A stretch of 64,000 bases of DNA, from positions 128,526,001-128,590,000 of the forward strand of contig OZ024742.1 of NCBI GenBank assembly GCA_964016885.1. Reading direction: 5' to 3'. This DNA is from Eledone cirrhosa. Its lineage: Eukaryota. Both the position numbers and the translations under genes were made by a program. Shown here in pieces: positions 1-13,290 of this stretch. Every line of letters starts with the position of its first letter. Position 1 is the stretch's first letter. A model generated the notes under the pieces. The model was not told the origin of the DNA. It saw only the letters and a program-made list of their open reading frames with translations, and did not search any database.

Positions 1-3000
1 CTGCGATGGACTGGTCTCCTGCCCAGGGGAGTCTATTAGCAATAACTAGGGTTTTAACACTGCGATGGACTGGTCTCCTGCCCAAGGGGTGGGGTCTATA
101 ACCAATAACTAGGGTTTTAACACTGCGATGGACTTGTCTACTGCCCAGGGGTGTCTATTACCAATAACTAGGGTTTTAACACTGCAATGGACTGGTCTCC
201 TGCCCAGGTGAGTCTATTACCAATAACTAGGGTTTTAACACTGCAATGGACTGGTCTGCTGCCCTGGGGGGGGGGAGTCTATTACCAATAACTAGGGTTT
301 TAACACTGCGATGGAGTGGTCTCTTGCCCAGGGGGGGAGTCTATTACGAATAATTAGGGTTTTAACACTGCGATGGACTGGTCTCCTGCCCAGGGGGGGG
401 GGTCTATTACCAATAACTAGGGTTTTAACACTGCGATGGACTGGTCTCCTGCCCAGGGCGGGGGGGGGCGTCTATTACCGATAACTAGGGTTTTAACACT
501 GCGATGGACTGGTCTCCTGCCCAGGTGAGTCTATTACCAATAACTAGGGTTTTAACACTGCGATGGACTGGTCTCCTGCCCAGGTGAGTCTATTACCAAT
601 AACTAGGGTTTTAACACTGCGATGGACTGGTCTGCTGCCCAGGGGGGTCTATTACCAATAACTAGGGTTTTAACACTGCGATGGACTGGTCTCCGGCCCA
701 GGTGAGTCTATTACCAATAACTTGAGTTTTAACACTGCGATGGACTGGTCTCCTGCCCAGGGGGGGGTCTATTACCAATAACTAGGGTTTTAACACTGCG
801 ATGGACTGGTCTCCTGCCCAGGGGGGTCTATTACCAATAACTAGGGTTTTAACACTGCAATGGACTGGTCTGCTGCCCTGGGGGGGGGGAGTCTATTACC
901 AATAACTAGGGTTTTAACACTGCGATGGACTGGTCTCCTGCCCAAGGGGGGGGGAGTATATTACGAATAACTAGGGTTTTAACAGTGCGATGGACTGGTC
1001 TCCTGCCCAGGGGAGTCTATTACCAATAACTAGGGTTTTAACACTGCGATGGACTGGTCTCCTGCCCAGGGGAGTCTATTACCAATAACTAGGGTTTTAA
1101 CACTGCGATGGACTGGTCTCCTGCCCAGGGGAGTCTATTACCAATAACTAGGGTTTTAACACTGCGATGGACTGGTCTCCTGCCCAGGGGAGTCTATTAC
1201 CAATAACTAGGGTTTTAACAGTGCGATGGACTGGTCTCCTGCCCAGGGGAGTCTATTACCAATAACTAGGGTTTTAACACTGCGATGGACTGGTCTCCTG
1301 CCCAGGGGAGTCTATTACCAATAACTAGGGTTTTAACACTGCGATGGACTGGTCTCCTGCCCAGGGGAGTCTATTACCAATAACTAGGGTTTTAACACTG
1401 CGATGGACTGGTCTCCTACCCAGGTGAGTCTATTACCAATAACTAGGGTTTTAACACTGCGATGGACTGGTCTGCTGCCCAGAGGGAGAGTCTATTAGCA
1501 ATAACTAGGGTCTTAACACTGCGATGGACTGGTCTCCTGCCCAGGGGGAGAGTCTATTACCAATAACTAGGGTTTTAACACTGCGATGGACGGGCTTGCT
1601 GCCCAGGGGGGGGAGTCTATTACCAATAACTAGGGTTTTAACACTGCGATGGACTGGTCTCCTACCCAGGGGGGTCTATTACCAATAACTAGGGTTTTAA
1701 CGCTGCGATGGACTGGTCTCCTGCCCAGGGGAGTCTATTACCAATAACTAGGGTTTTAACACTGCGATGGACTGGTCTCCTGCCCAGGGGAGTCTATTAG
1801 CAATAACTAGGGTTTTAACACTGCGATGGATTGGTCTCCTGCCCAGGGGAGTCCATTACCAATAACTAGGGTTTTAACACTGCGATGGACTGGTCTCCTG
1901 CCCAGGGGAGTCTATTAGCAATAACTAGGGTTTTAACACTGCGATGGACCGGTCTCCTGCCCAGGGGGGTCTATTACCAATAACTAGGGTTTTGACACTG
2001 CGATGGACTGGTCTCCTGCCCAGGTGAGTCTATTACCAATAACTAGGGTTTTAACACTGCGATGGACTGGCCTGCTGCCCAGGGGGGGGGGTGTCTATTA
2101 CCAATAACTAGGGTTTAACACTGCGATGGACTGGTCTCCTGCTCAGGGGCGTCTATTACCAATAACTAGGGTTTTAACACTGCAATGGACTGGCCTGCTG
2201 CCCAGGGGGGGGGGGGGTGTCTATTACCAATAACTAGGGTTTAACACTGCGATGGACTGGTCTCCTGCTCAGGGGCGTCTATTACCAATAATTAGGGTTT
2301 TAACACTGCGATGGACTGGTCTGCTGCCCGGGGGGGGGGTCTATTACCAATAACTAGGGTTTTAACACTGCGATGGACTTGTCTGCTGCCCAGGGGAGGG
2401 GGGGGTCTATTACCAATAACTAGGGTTTTAACACTGCGATGGACTGGTCTCCTGCCCAGGGGGGTCTATTACCAATAACTAGGGTTTTAACACTGCGATG
2501 GACTGGTCTCCTGCCCAGGTGAGTCTATTACCAATAACTATGGTTTTAACACTGTAATGGACTGGTCTCCCGCCCAGGGTGGGAGTCTATTACCAATAAC
2601 TATGGTTTTAACACTGCGATGGACTGGTCTCCTGCCCAGGGGAGTCTATTACCAATAACTAGGGTTTTAACACTGCGATGGACTGATCTCCTGCCCAGGG
2701 GAGTCTATTACCAATAACTAGGGTTTTAACACTGCGATGGACTGGTCTCCTGCCCAAGGGGGTGGGGTCTATTAACAATAACTAGGGTTTTAACACTGCG
2801 ATGGACTGGTCTCCTGCCTAGGGGAGTCTATTAGCAATAACTAGGGTTTTAACACTGCGATGGACTGGTCTCCTGCCCAAGGGGGTGGGGTCTATTACCA
2901 ATAACTAGGGTTTTAACACTGCGATGGACTGGTCTCCTGCCTAGGGGAGTCTATTAGCAATAACTAGGGTTTTAACACTGCGATGGACTGGTCTCCTGCC

Positions 3001-6000
3001 CAAGGGTGTGGGGTCTATTACCAATAACTAGGGTTTTAACACTGCGATGGACTGGTCTCCTGCCTAGGGGAGTCTATTAGCAATAACTAGGGTTTTAACA
3101 CTGCGATGGACTGGTCTCCTGCCCAAGGGGGTGGGGTCTATTACCAATAACTAGGGTTTTAACACTGCGATGGACTGGTCTCCTGCCTAGGGGAGTCTAT
3201 TAGCAATAACTAGGGTTTTAACACTGCGATGGACTGGTCTCCTGCCCAGGGGGGTCTATTACCAATAACTAGGCTTTTAACACTGCGATGGACTGGTCTC
3301 CTGCCCAGGTGAGTCTATTACCCATAACTAGGGTTTTAACACTGCGATGGACTGGTCTTCTGCCCAGGGGGGGAGTCTATTACCAATAACTAGGGTTTTA
3401 ACACTGCGATGGACTGGTCTCCTGACCAAGGGGGTGGGGTCTATTACCAATAACTACGCTTTTAACACTACGATGGACTGGTCTCCAGCCCAGGTGAGTC
3501 TATTACCAATAACTAGGGTTTTAACACTGCGACGGACTGGTCTCCTGCCCAGGGGAGTCTATTACCAATAACTAGGGTTTTAACACTGCGATGGACTGGT
3601 CTCCTGCCCAGGGGAGTCTATTAGCAATAACTAGGGTTTTAACACTGCGATGGACTGGTTTCCTGCCCAGGGGGGTCTATTACCAATAACTAGGGTTTTG
3701 ACACTGCGATGGACTGGTCTCCTGCCCAGGGGAGTCTATTACCAATAACTAGGGTTTTAACACTGCGATGGACTGGTCTCCTGCCCAGGGGGGGGGGTCT
3801 ATTACGAATAACTATGGTTTTAACACTGCGATGGACTGGTCTCCTGCCCAGGGGGGGGGGTATATTACCAATAACTAGGGTTTTAACACTGCGATGGACT
3901 GGTCTCCTGCACAGGGGGGGGGGGGTCTATTACCAATAACTAGGGTTTTAACAATGCGATGGACTGGTCTCCTGCCCAGGGGAGTCTATTACCAATAACT
4001 AGGGTTTTAACACTGCAATGGACTGGTCTCCTGCCCAGGGTGGGTGGGATCTATTACCAATAACTAGGCTTTTAACACTGTAATGGACTGGTCTCCTGCC
4101 CAGGGGGGGGGTCTATTACCAATAACTATGGTTTTAACACTGCGATGGACTGGTCTCCTGCCCAGGGGGGGGGGGAGTCTATTACGAATAACTATGGTTT
4201 TAACACTGCGATGGACTGGTCTCCTGCCCAGGGGGGGGGGGGGGTATATTACCAATAACTAGGGTTTTAACACTGCGATGGACTGGTCTCCTGCACAGGG
4301 GGGGGGGGTCTATTACCAATAACTATGGTTTTAACACTGCGATGGACTGGTCTCCTGCCCAGGGGGGGGGAGTCTATTACGAATAACTATGGTTTTAACA
4401 CTGCGATGGACTGGTCTCCTGCCCAGGGGGTGGGGTCTATTACCAATAACTAGGCTTTTAACACTGCGATGGACTGGTCTCCTGCCCAGGGGAGTCTATT
4501 GCCAATAACTAGCGTTTTAACACTGCGATGGACTGGTCTCCTGCCCAGGGGGTGGGGTCTATTACCAATAACTAGGCTTTTAACACTGCGATGGACTGGT
4601 CTCCTGCCCAGGGGAGTCTATTGCCAATAACTAGCGTTTTAACACTGCGATGGACTGGTCTCCTGCACAGGGGGGGGGGGTCTATTACCAATAACTATGG
4701 TTTTAACACTGCGATGGACTGGTCTCCTGCCCAGGGGAGTCTATTGCCAATAACTAGCGTTTTAACACTGCGATGGACTGGTCTCCTGCCCAGGGGGTGG
4801 GGTCTATTACCAATAACTAGGCTTTTAACACTGCGATGGACTGGTCTCCTGCCCAGGGGAGTCTATTGCCAATAACTAGCGTTTTAACACTGCGATGGAC
4901 TGGTCTCCTGCCCAGGGGGTGGGGTCTATTACCAATAACTAGGGTTTTAACACTGCGATGGACTGGTCTCCTGCCCAGGGGGTATATTACCAATAACTAG
5001 GGTTTTAACACTGCGATGGACTGGTCTCCTGCACAGGGGGGGGGGGTCTATTACCAATAACTAGGGTTTTAACACTGCGATGGACTGGTCTCCTGCCCAG
5101 AGGGGGGGGGGTCTATTACCAATAACTAGGGTTTTAACACTGTAATGGACTGGTCTCCTGCCCAGGGGGGGGGGGTCTATTACCAATAACTATGGTTTTA
5201 ACACTGCGATGGACTGGTCTCCTGCCCAGGGGGGGGGAGTCTATTACGAATAACTATGGTTTTAACACTGCGATGGACTGGTCTCCTGCCCAGGGGGTGG
5301 GGTCTATTACCAATAACTAGGGTTTTAACACTGCGATGGACTGGTCTCCTGCACAGGGGGGGGGGGGGTCTATTACCAATAACTAGGGTTTTAACACTGC
5401 GATGGACTGGTCTCCTGCCCAGGGGAGTCTATTGCCAATAACTAGGGTTTTAACACTGCGATGGACTGGTCTCCTGCACAGGGGGGGGGGGGGGTCTATT
5501 ACCAATAACTAGGGTTTTAACACTGCGATGGACTGGTCTCCTGCCCAGGGGGTATATTACCAATAACTAGGGTTTTAACACTGCGAAGGACTGATCTCCT
5601 GCCCAGGGGAGTCTATTGCCAATAACTAGCGTTTTAACACTGCGATGGACTGGTCTCCTGCCCAGGGGGTGGGGTCTATTACCAATAACTAGGGTTTTAA
5701 CACTGCGATGGACTGGTCTCCTGCCCAGGGGGTATATTACCAATAACTAGGGTTTTAACACTGCGATGGACTGGTCTCCTGCCCAGGGGAGTCTATTGCC
5801 AATAACTAGGGTTTTAACACTGCGATGGACTGGTCTCCTGCACAGGGGGGGGGGGGGGGTCTATTACCAATAACTAGGGTTTTAACACTGCGATGGACTG
5901 GTCTCCTGCCCAGGGGGTATATTACCAATAACTAGGGTTTTAACACTGCGGTGGACTGGTCTCCTGCCCAGGGGAATCTATTGCCAATAACTAGGGTTTT

Positions 6001-7777
6001 AACACTGCGATGGACTGGTCTCCTGCACAGGGGGGGGGGTCTATTACCAATAACTAGGGTTTTAACACTGCGATGGACTGGTCTCCTGCCCAGGGGGTGG
6101 GGTCTATTACCAATAACTAGCGTTTTAACACTGCGATGGACTGGTCTCCTGCCCAGGGGGTGGGGTCTATTACCAATAACTAGGGTTTTAACACTGCGAT
6201 GGACTGGTCTCCTGCCCAGGGGGTATATTACCAATAACTAGGGTTTTAACACTGCGATGGACTGGTCTCCTGCACAGGGGGGGGTCTATTACCAATAACT
6301 AGGGTTTTAACACTGCGATGGACTGGTCTCCTGCCCAGGGGGTATATTACCAATAACTAGGGTTTTAACACTGCGAAGGACTGATCTCCTGCCCAGGGGA
6401 GTCTATTGCCAATAACTAGCGTTTTAACACTGCGATGGACTGGTCTCCTGCCCAGGGGGTGGGGTCTATTACCAATAACTAGGGTTTTAACACTGCGATG
6501 GACTGGTCTCCTGCCCAGGGGGTATATTACCAATAACTAGGGTTTTAACACTGCGATGGACTGGTCTCCTGCCCGAGGGGGGAGTCTATTACCAATAACT
6601 AGGGTTTTAACACTGCGATGGACTGGTCTCCTGCCCAGGGGAGTCTATTGCCAATAACTAGGGTTTTAACACTGCGATGGACTGGTCTCCTGCACAGGGG
6701 GGGGGGGGGGTCTATTACCAACAACTAGGGTTTTAACACTGCGATGGACTGGTCTCCTGCCTAGGGGAGTCTATTAGCAATAACTAGGGTTTTAACACTG
6801 CAATGGACTGGTCTCCTGCCCAGGGGGGGGGGTCTATTACCAATAACTATGGTTTTAACACTGCGATGGACTGGTCTCCTGCCCAGGGGGGGGGGAAGTC
6901 TATTACGAATAACTAGGGCTTTAACACTGCAATGGACTGGTCTCCTGCACAGGGGGGGGTATATTACCAATAACTAGGGTTTTAACACTGCGATGGACTC
7001 GTCTCCTGCCCAAGGGGGTGGGGTCTATTACCAATAACTAGGGTTTTAACACTGTGATGGACTGGTCTCCTGCCCAGGGGGGTCTATTAGCAATAACTAG
7101 GGTTTTAACACTGCAATGGACTGGTCTCCTGCCCAGGGGGGGGGGGGTCTATTACCAATAACTAGGGTTTTAACACTGTGATGGACTGGTCTCCTGCCCA
7201 GGGGGGGAGTCTATTACCAATAACTAGGGTTTTAACACTGCGATGGACTGGTCTCCTGCCCAGGGGGGGAGTCTATTGCCAATAACTAGGGTTTTAACAC
7301 TGCGATGGACTGGTCTCCTGCCCAGGGGGGGAGTCTATTGACAATAACTAGGGTTTTAACACTGTGATGGACTGGTCTCCTGCCCAGGGGGGGAGTCTAT
7401 TGCCAATAACTAGGGTTTTAACACTGCGATGGACTGGTCTCCTGCCCAGGGGCGGGGGGGGGGGTCTATTACCAATAACTAGGGTTTTAACACTGCGATG
7501 GACTGGTCTCCTGCCAAGGGGGGTCTATTACCAATAACTAGGGTTTTAACACTGCGATGGACTCGTCTCCTGCCCAAGGGGGTCTATTACCAATAACTAG
7601 GGTTTTAACACTGCGATGGACTGGTCTCCTGCCCAGGGGGGTCTATTACCAATAACTAGGGTTTTAACACTGCGATGGACTGGTCTCCTGCCCGGGGGGG
7701 GGGGATATTACCAATAACTAGGGTTTTAACACTGCGATGGACTGGTCTCCTGCCCAGGGCGAGGGGGGTCTATTACC
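1..7777. repeat. Tandem satellite, ~59-68 bp unit, roughly 125 copies, runs off the left edge
   Basis: Unit ctgcgatggactggtctcctgccca-[G-rich variable]-tctattaccaataactagggttttaaca repeats continuously; first period is 59 bp (positions 1 to 60); length variation sits in the G tract. Confidence 0.98.
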
Positions 7778-7850
7778 TTCAGTTGCTGCACACCATGGAA
7801 ACTGGGATAAGCACCGGCCTGATGAGGCTCCATGTTTCAGACAGACATTA
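7732..7850 (+). mobile_element. SINE 3' part (MetaSINE-like domain) continuous with the last satellite unit
   Basis: ctgcgatggactgg...ccagggg...gttgctgcacaccatggaaactgggataagcaccggcctgatgag resembles, from memory, the conserved Meta-domain SINE body. Confidence 0.55.
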
Positions 7851-8625
7851 GACTTAAAAACCTTCCATCATAGTTCTATATAAGAACCTTTGTTAAGTTA
7901 TGCTCCAAACAGCAGGTTAACTCTTTTGATACCAAACCACTTGAAACCATTTCTCATTGTATAATGCTAAACTGTTTATTGGAATTTCTTTATATTTATC
8001 TAACAACAATCATAGTTCTATGTAAGAATCTTTTATTGTAGTATCAGCACAAGAGAGACAGTCATGTCATCACTTTCACAGAAAAGCCCATTCAACCCTT
8101 TGCTTGATAATTTTTCTACAACTGAATGCCCTTCCTATCACCAATCACTTTATGGGGTGTACAAGATACATTTTATTGTGGCAACAATAAAAAGGTTGTT
8201 GTGCTCTTGACACACTTGATAAAACCTGCCATTCCCCTTGAGTGGGCCCGAAGTTGTGTCAGTACTCAATTGAATTTAACACCTCACGACCCTTGCTTTA
8301 TTTTGAATCAGTTTTTAACCTATATAATAGTTTTCTATTTAAGTAATTAGATTGATCTAATTTCTTAATTTTTATTAATGAATATGTTTTCTTTACTTTC
8401 TTCAATCAAAGTATTACCTTAGCTACATAATATCAAATAAATATGTAATGAACTATACGTGTAATACCACCTTTTTTCTGTAATCACTGAGGCATTTTCA
8501 GTTCATATATAAATAGCACTTACATAGCCTGTTTGATCGATGCACGTACTAGAACAGGCTGAAACTTGTCACATTAGAAATTAGCTATCTGTTCTTTCTT
8601 TTGTTATATATACACATACATATGC

Positions 8626-8661
<36 letters not shown>

Positions 8662-8740
8662 CCAAAGATTAATATGGTTTGTTCAATACAATTTTACAAT
8701 AGATTAAAAGCACTCAACAGGGAGTTTTCCTGGAGTTTTT

Positions 8741-9005
8741 AATATTATTCAGAATATTAACAAATGAAGGATATTCACATAATCAAAATATATGCTTTAT
8801 TATATATATTTCAAAGGTACTGTGTTGTTTTTTCAGTACGTCTTCATCATACAATTCCAGTACTGGAATTGTATAATCAATATCAAATCATATATTTCAT
8901 CTGATGAAGACGTACTGAAAAAACAACACAGTACCTTTGAAATATATATAATAAAGCATATATTTTGATTATGGGAATATCCTTCATTTGTTAATATTCT
9001 GAATA

Positions 9006-9008
<3 letters not shown>
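8741..9008. repeat. Inverted repeat, ~108 bp arms, 26-bp perfect palindrome in the spacer
   Basis: 8741-8848 is the near-perfect reverse complement of 8903-9008; atacaattccagtactggaattgtat at 8849-8874. Confidence 0.9.
8895..8955 (+). ncRNA. Minimal type I hammerhead-like motif in an inverted repeat
   Basis: CTGATGA (8901), stem II gtactg/cagtac, GAAA, palindromic TATATA, TA; stem I weak. Confidence 0.55.
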
Positions 9009-9063
<55 letters not shown>

Positions 9064-9147
9064 GCATATGCATATATATATGTTTATATATATATACATA
9101 TATATATCTATATATATCTACATACATGCATATGCATATATATATAA

Positions 9148-9380
9148 TCATCATCGATTAACGTCTATCTTCCATGCTAGTATGGGTTAGACAGATTTGT
9201 CCCATTTAGAGGCAAGTTGGGTCAGGTGTCTCGCTCATATAGGCGTGTTTCTGGATGGCTTTCTACAGCTGGATGCCCTTCCTAACGCCAACCACATTGA
9301 CAGTGTGTGCTGGGTGCTTTTTGTCATGACACCTAAATGATCACTTTACAGTGTGGGCTGGATGCTTTGTGGTACCAGCA
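9148..9380 (-). mobile_element. RTE-tailed SINE/LINE 3' UTR fragment with Ceph-like domain
   Basis: Reverse complement of gttaggaagggcatccagctgtagaa and of the acccat.ctagcatggaagatagacgttaa.cgatgatgat tail. Confidence 0.75.
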
Positions 9381-9499
9381 TAATATACATATATATATAT
9401 ATATATATGCACATATCATGATAATGACATACACATATATATATATTTGTGTGCATATACATAAACCATATATATGTAATAGACATACACATATCATAT

Positions 9500-9905
9500 G
9501 CCTTTTGGAATGACTGAGAGAGGTTGTCTAAAGTTTCCTCCTACTACCACCATAACCACCACCACCACCACAACAACCACCACCAACCACCACTACTACC
9601 ACCACCAACCAACCACCACTACTACTACCACCACCATCACCACCACCACCACCAACCACCACTACTACTACCACCACCACCAACCACCACTACTACTACC
9701 ACCACCACCACCGCCACCACAACCACCACCACTACTACTACTATCACCAGCATCACCACCACCACCACTACTATTACCACCACCACCACCACCTCCTGAA
9801 CCACCACCACTACTACTACTACTATCACCACCATCGCCACCACCATCACCACCATATTTGAACAAGGAGCCAAATGAATATTGCAAAGTCTTCTTTCTGA
9901 CATTC
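9500..9905 (-). pseudogene. Possible Helitron PIF1-like helicase relic interrupted by a (GGT/GTA)n expansion
   Basis: Minus strand 9560-9500 translates VVMVVVGGNFRQPLSVIPKG, close to the PIF1 motif VVLGGDFRQxLPVIPxG. Confidence 0.4.
9540..9855. repeat. (CAC/CTA)n low-complexity trinucleotide tract
   Basis: Direct reading. Confidence 0.95.
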
Positions 9906-10146
9906 TAACAAATATACCAAATCGCTGCCCATTTCTTGTATCTTTTTTGTATCCTAGGTGTCATCTCTTGTTTTTAATGAATTGCTTGCTTGATCGATCT
10001 TTTCTACACCTTCTTTACTTACATATACATCAGGTGATAGATAATTGAATGCAAACATGAACATTATATAAAGAATGTATGTGTGAACATCTAGAAGGTT
10101 TGGCAGTTGTTCAACCTGTCAGATCTCCAAATCACACTCTATTATC

Positions 10147-10394
10147 TTAACCCTTTTGATACCAAATCACATGAAACTCTCCCTGACTCGCTAATACAAA
10201 GCTGTTTATATTTATCTAAAAACCTTCCATCATAATTTTACGCTAAGAACCTTTGTTAAGTTATGTTCCAAACACCAGCTTAACAATGAGAAAGTTAATT
10301 ATAATAACAAATCCCTTCAAAATTCTTCATTTTCAAAATTATTTGAAAATCATAAGCAATGCTTTTAATTAGAAATTTGGTAATGAAATGTTAA
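10147..10394. mobile_element. TTAA-bounded MITE-like repeat; related fragments at 7852-8030 and 10960-11130 (minus)
   Basis: Ends ttaacccttttgatacca ... tggtaatgaaatgttaa are imperfect inverted repeats; internal aaaaaccttccatcat...gaacctttgttaagttatg shared with 7856-7905. Confidence 0.5.
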
Positions 10395-10699
10395 AAAATG
10401 AAAGCCATGGTGAATGATGTAGCCCTAGATGTAATATTTAAAAAAAAAAAGATGGGATGATCGTGACTGGAATGCCTTTGAATTTAAGATTAATATTATC
10501 AGGTCTACCTGGGGACTAAACAACAATAACAACAACAACAATTGACAATTTTGTTGGTTGATATTAACCCTTGCCGGTGGGGTTTTCCCATAAAATCTGT
10601 CTAGCGATTCTTTCCTGAGACATTCTAACCACATACCCATAGTATCGGAGCTGTGATCTCTCAATTGGGAAAAGTAGCATCTCTACCTAGAATGACTCT

Positions 10700-10960
10700 C
10701 TGATCTCTGAGCTACACACTTTATCAAGTAATGTTAATCCGAAGACCCTTCAGACAAAACCAACTGGCAAGAGACCCAGGGGTAGACCAACTGGCAAGAG
10801 ATCCAGGGGCAGCTCCCAAGCAAGATGGTTGGATAACATCCATGAGCTTAGCTGGTCACGCTTGGGAATCCAGCTGGATCAGTTGGAAACAATTGCTTCT
10901 GACAGGACCCACTTTGTCCCCACGACCCTCTCAGGAATAAGTGGGGAAAGAAGATATTAA
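10700..10960 (+). mobile_element. Degenerate LINE 3' end (Rex3/Expander-like RTE)
   Basis: Reads PTGKRPRGRP..RWLDNIHELSWSRLGIQ...PRP; contains a short tandem duplication (caactggcaagaga.ccagggg x2). Confidence 0.55.
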
Positions 10961-11134
10961 CCGTATCATGATGATGAAACACTGCCTGCATGTTTCAATT
11001 AGTTTTGAAAATAAAAAAAATTTGGAAGAATTTCATAAAATAATTAAAGTTTTCATTAGTAAGCTGATATATAGAATATTACTTAATAAAAATTTCTAAA
11101 ATAAAATTACGATGGTAGGTTTTAATATAAAGAT

Positions 11135-12240
11135 CATCATTATCATCATCATCATCATTGCAGCTACAATCGAACATTCCTGACAAAGTCTCTTCACAAT
11201 TTACAATTTTCCATTGCTTCTGGCAACTGCTTCCTACAGAGGTTTGTATCATCTAAAAGTTGACTGATGAAGGTCCAAGCAGATTTTCCTCTACTGTGTC
11301 ACCCACGAGTTGGTTCCCACAATAGTAACTTCTGTAACTCTTCCTGCTCACTTCTTCAGCAATGTCCTGCAAACCGTAACTGTCTTTGAGCAATTGTTGT
11401 TATTATCGTGGGCAAGTTTCCATATAAACTTTTTTTATACAAACCTAAGCATTTTAGTGTATGCACCACCTAGTTTCTTCTCAAGTGCTTATGTCAAAGT
11501 CCCAGAACCTGACCCACACAACAACACTGGCTCAAGTGCTTATGTCAAAGTCTCTGAACCTGATCCATACAATAACACTGGCTCAAGTGCTTATGCCAGG
11601 GTCCCTGAACCTGACCCACACAACTACACTGGCTCAAGTGCTTATGTCAAAGTCTCTGAACTTGATCCATACAACAACACTGGCTCAAGTGCTTATGTCA
11701 GGGTCTCTGAACCTGACCCATACAACAACAACATTGGCTCAAGTTCTTATGTCAGGATCCCTGAACCTGACCCACACAACAACACTGGCTCAAGTGCTTA
11801 TGTCAAAGTCTCTGAACTTGATCCATACAACAACACTGACTCAAGTGCTTATGTCAGGGTCTCTGAACCTGACCCATACAACAACAACATTGGCTCAAGT
11901 TCTTATGTCAGGATCCCTGAACCTGACCCACACAACAACACTGGCTCAAGTGCTTATGTCAGCGTCCCATAACCTGACCCACACAACAACACTGGCTCAA
12001 GTGCTTATGTCAGGGTCCCTGAACTTGAGCCATACAACAACACTGGCTCAAGTGTTTATGTCAGAGTCTCTGAACCTGACCCATACAACAACATTGGCTC
12101 AAGTTCTTATGTCAGGGTCTCTGAACCTGACCCATACAGCAACACTGACTCAACAGATGTTCTAAAGAATAATATTTTCATTTTTCTGGGTAGATCTGAT
12201 TTTCATACCTTTCCAAAATAAAGATAAACATTTTTAAATG
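11135..12240 (-). mobile_element. Degenerate LINE RT C-terminal fragment hosting the 51-bp array
   Basis: Minus strand reads FFRTSVESVLLYGS..ETLT on one side and ALEKKLGGAYTKMLRF on the other; (gat)n tail on the minus strand near 11135-11158. Confidence 0.7.
11480..12150. repeat. 51/54-bp minisatellite, ~13 copies
   Basis: tcaagtgcttatgtc recurs at 11481, 11532, 11583...; a three-unit block of ~156 bp is itself duplicated. Confidence 0.95.
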
Positions 12241-13119
12241 AGCAGTGGTATATTATAAATCCAGAGCTGTTTCAGGCATTCATTTCAGAGTTCATATTAG
12301 GAACAAACGTTTTCATCGTTTTTTTCACAAGTTTTCCGTACCAGCAATGTTTTACAGCTGGATGCTCTTCCTGACACCAAACCTTTTGGTGGCTTCTTAC
12401 CACACACAGGGAGAGGGTGTGCCTATTGTAAACCAGATACACACAGTGTATCTGGTTTAGGATATTAACAATAACTGGTTACACAATAAACAAGAAACCT
12501 CAAGAATTATTTAGCTTAAGGCTGTGATTTCTCAACTTTTTTTTACTCATGGAGTTCTTTAAAATAGGTAAAAATATTTGGTGGTACTTTGTACCTAAAT
12601 TTCAAAAAATTATTCAAAATCCCTCCAGTGAAACACATTATATGAATTATATAGTTAGCAGGCAAGATATTAACTACCCTTCTGCATATCTAAAGTCCAT
12701 TTTAACATTGTTGATTACACTTGCTATGACAAAGATGGTAGAGGCACACCCTGAACACACACACACATGCACAAACACACACAGACGCACGCGCACACAC
12801 ACACACACACACACACTCACACACACAAGCAAACAGGCATAATGTAGGAAAATAGATAATCAAAAATACAGTAAAATTATTTATACTTCTTTATTTAGTC
12901 AATAAATGGAGCAAAGTTAACAATGAAAAGTATATGTATGGAATTTATTGGACATATTACAATCGTGTCTCTGGCGACCAGCTCGAGGCACGATCGATGT
13001 GATGTGTATATATATATATATATATAATTGGTGTTGGATGCTTAAAGCGTCCATATGCGGTAGGACGTATGAGCACTCGATGCTATCACATAGGAAAATC
13101 TGCTTTGTAGAATCAAGAC

Positions 13120-13209
13120 GTATCTGAGGACCTTGCGATTTTCAGAGTCAGGTTCGATCATCACATTGATCGTGCCTCGAGCTGGTCGCCAGAGAAACGA
13201 TTGTAATAT
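13120..13209 (+). ncRNA. Hammerhead-like motif with long stem II; its 3' part is duplicated inverted at 12938-13005
   Basis: tat-CTGAGGA-ccttgcgatt...ggtcgccaga-GAAA-cgattg-TA-ata. Confidence 0.55.
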
Positions 13210-13255
13210 GTCCAATAAATTCCATTCGTCGCAACACTGATTCTCTTTTTTTCTG

Positions 13256-13290
<35 letters not shown>

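Noticed and set aside
1-7777. CRISPR-like array (constant repeat plus variable slot)
   Set aside because: The variable part is only a short G-rich tract with recurring variants, not unique spacers; no cas genes; eukaryotic context
7795-7835. Hammerhead at gaaactgg...cctgatgag
   Set aside because: Core words are present but I could not build stems I-III; it fits a SINE tail better
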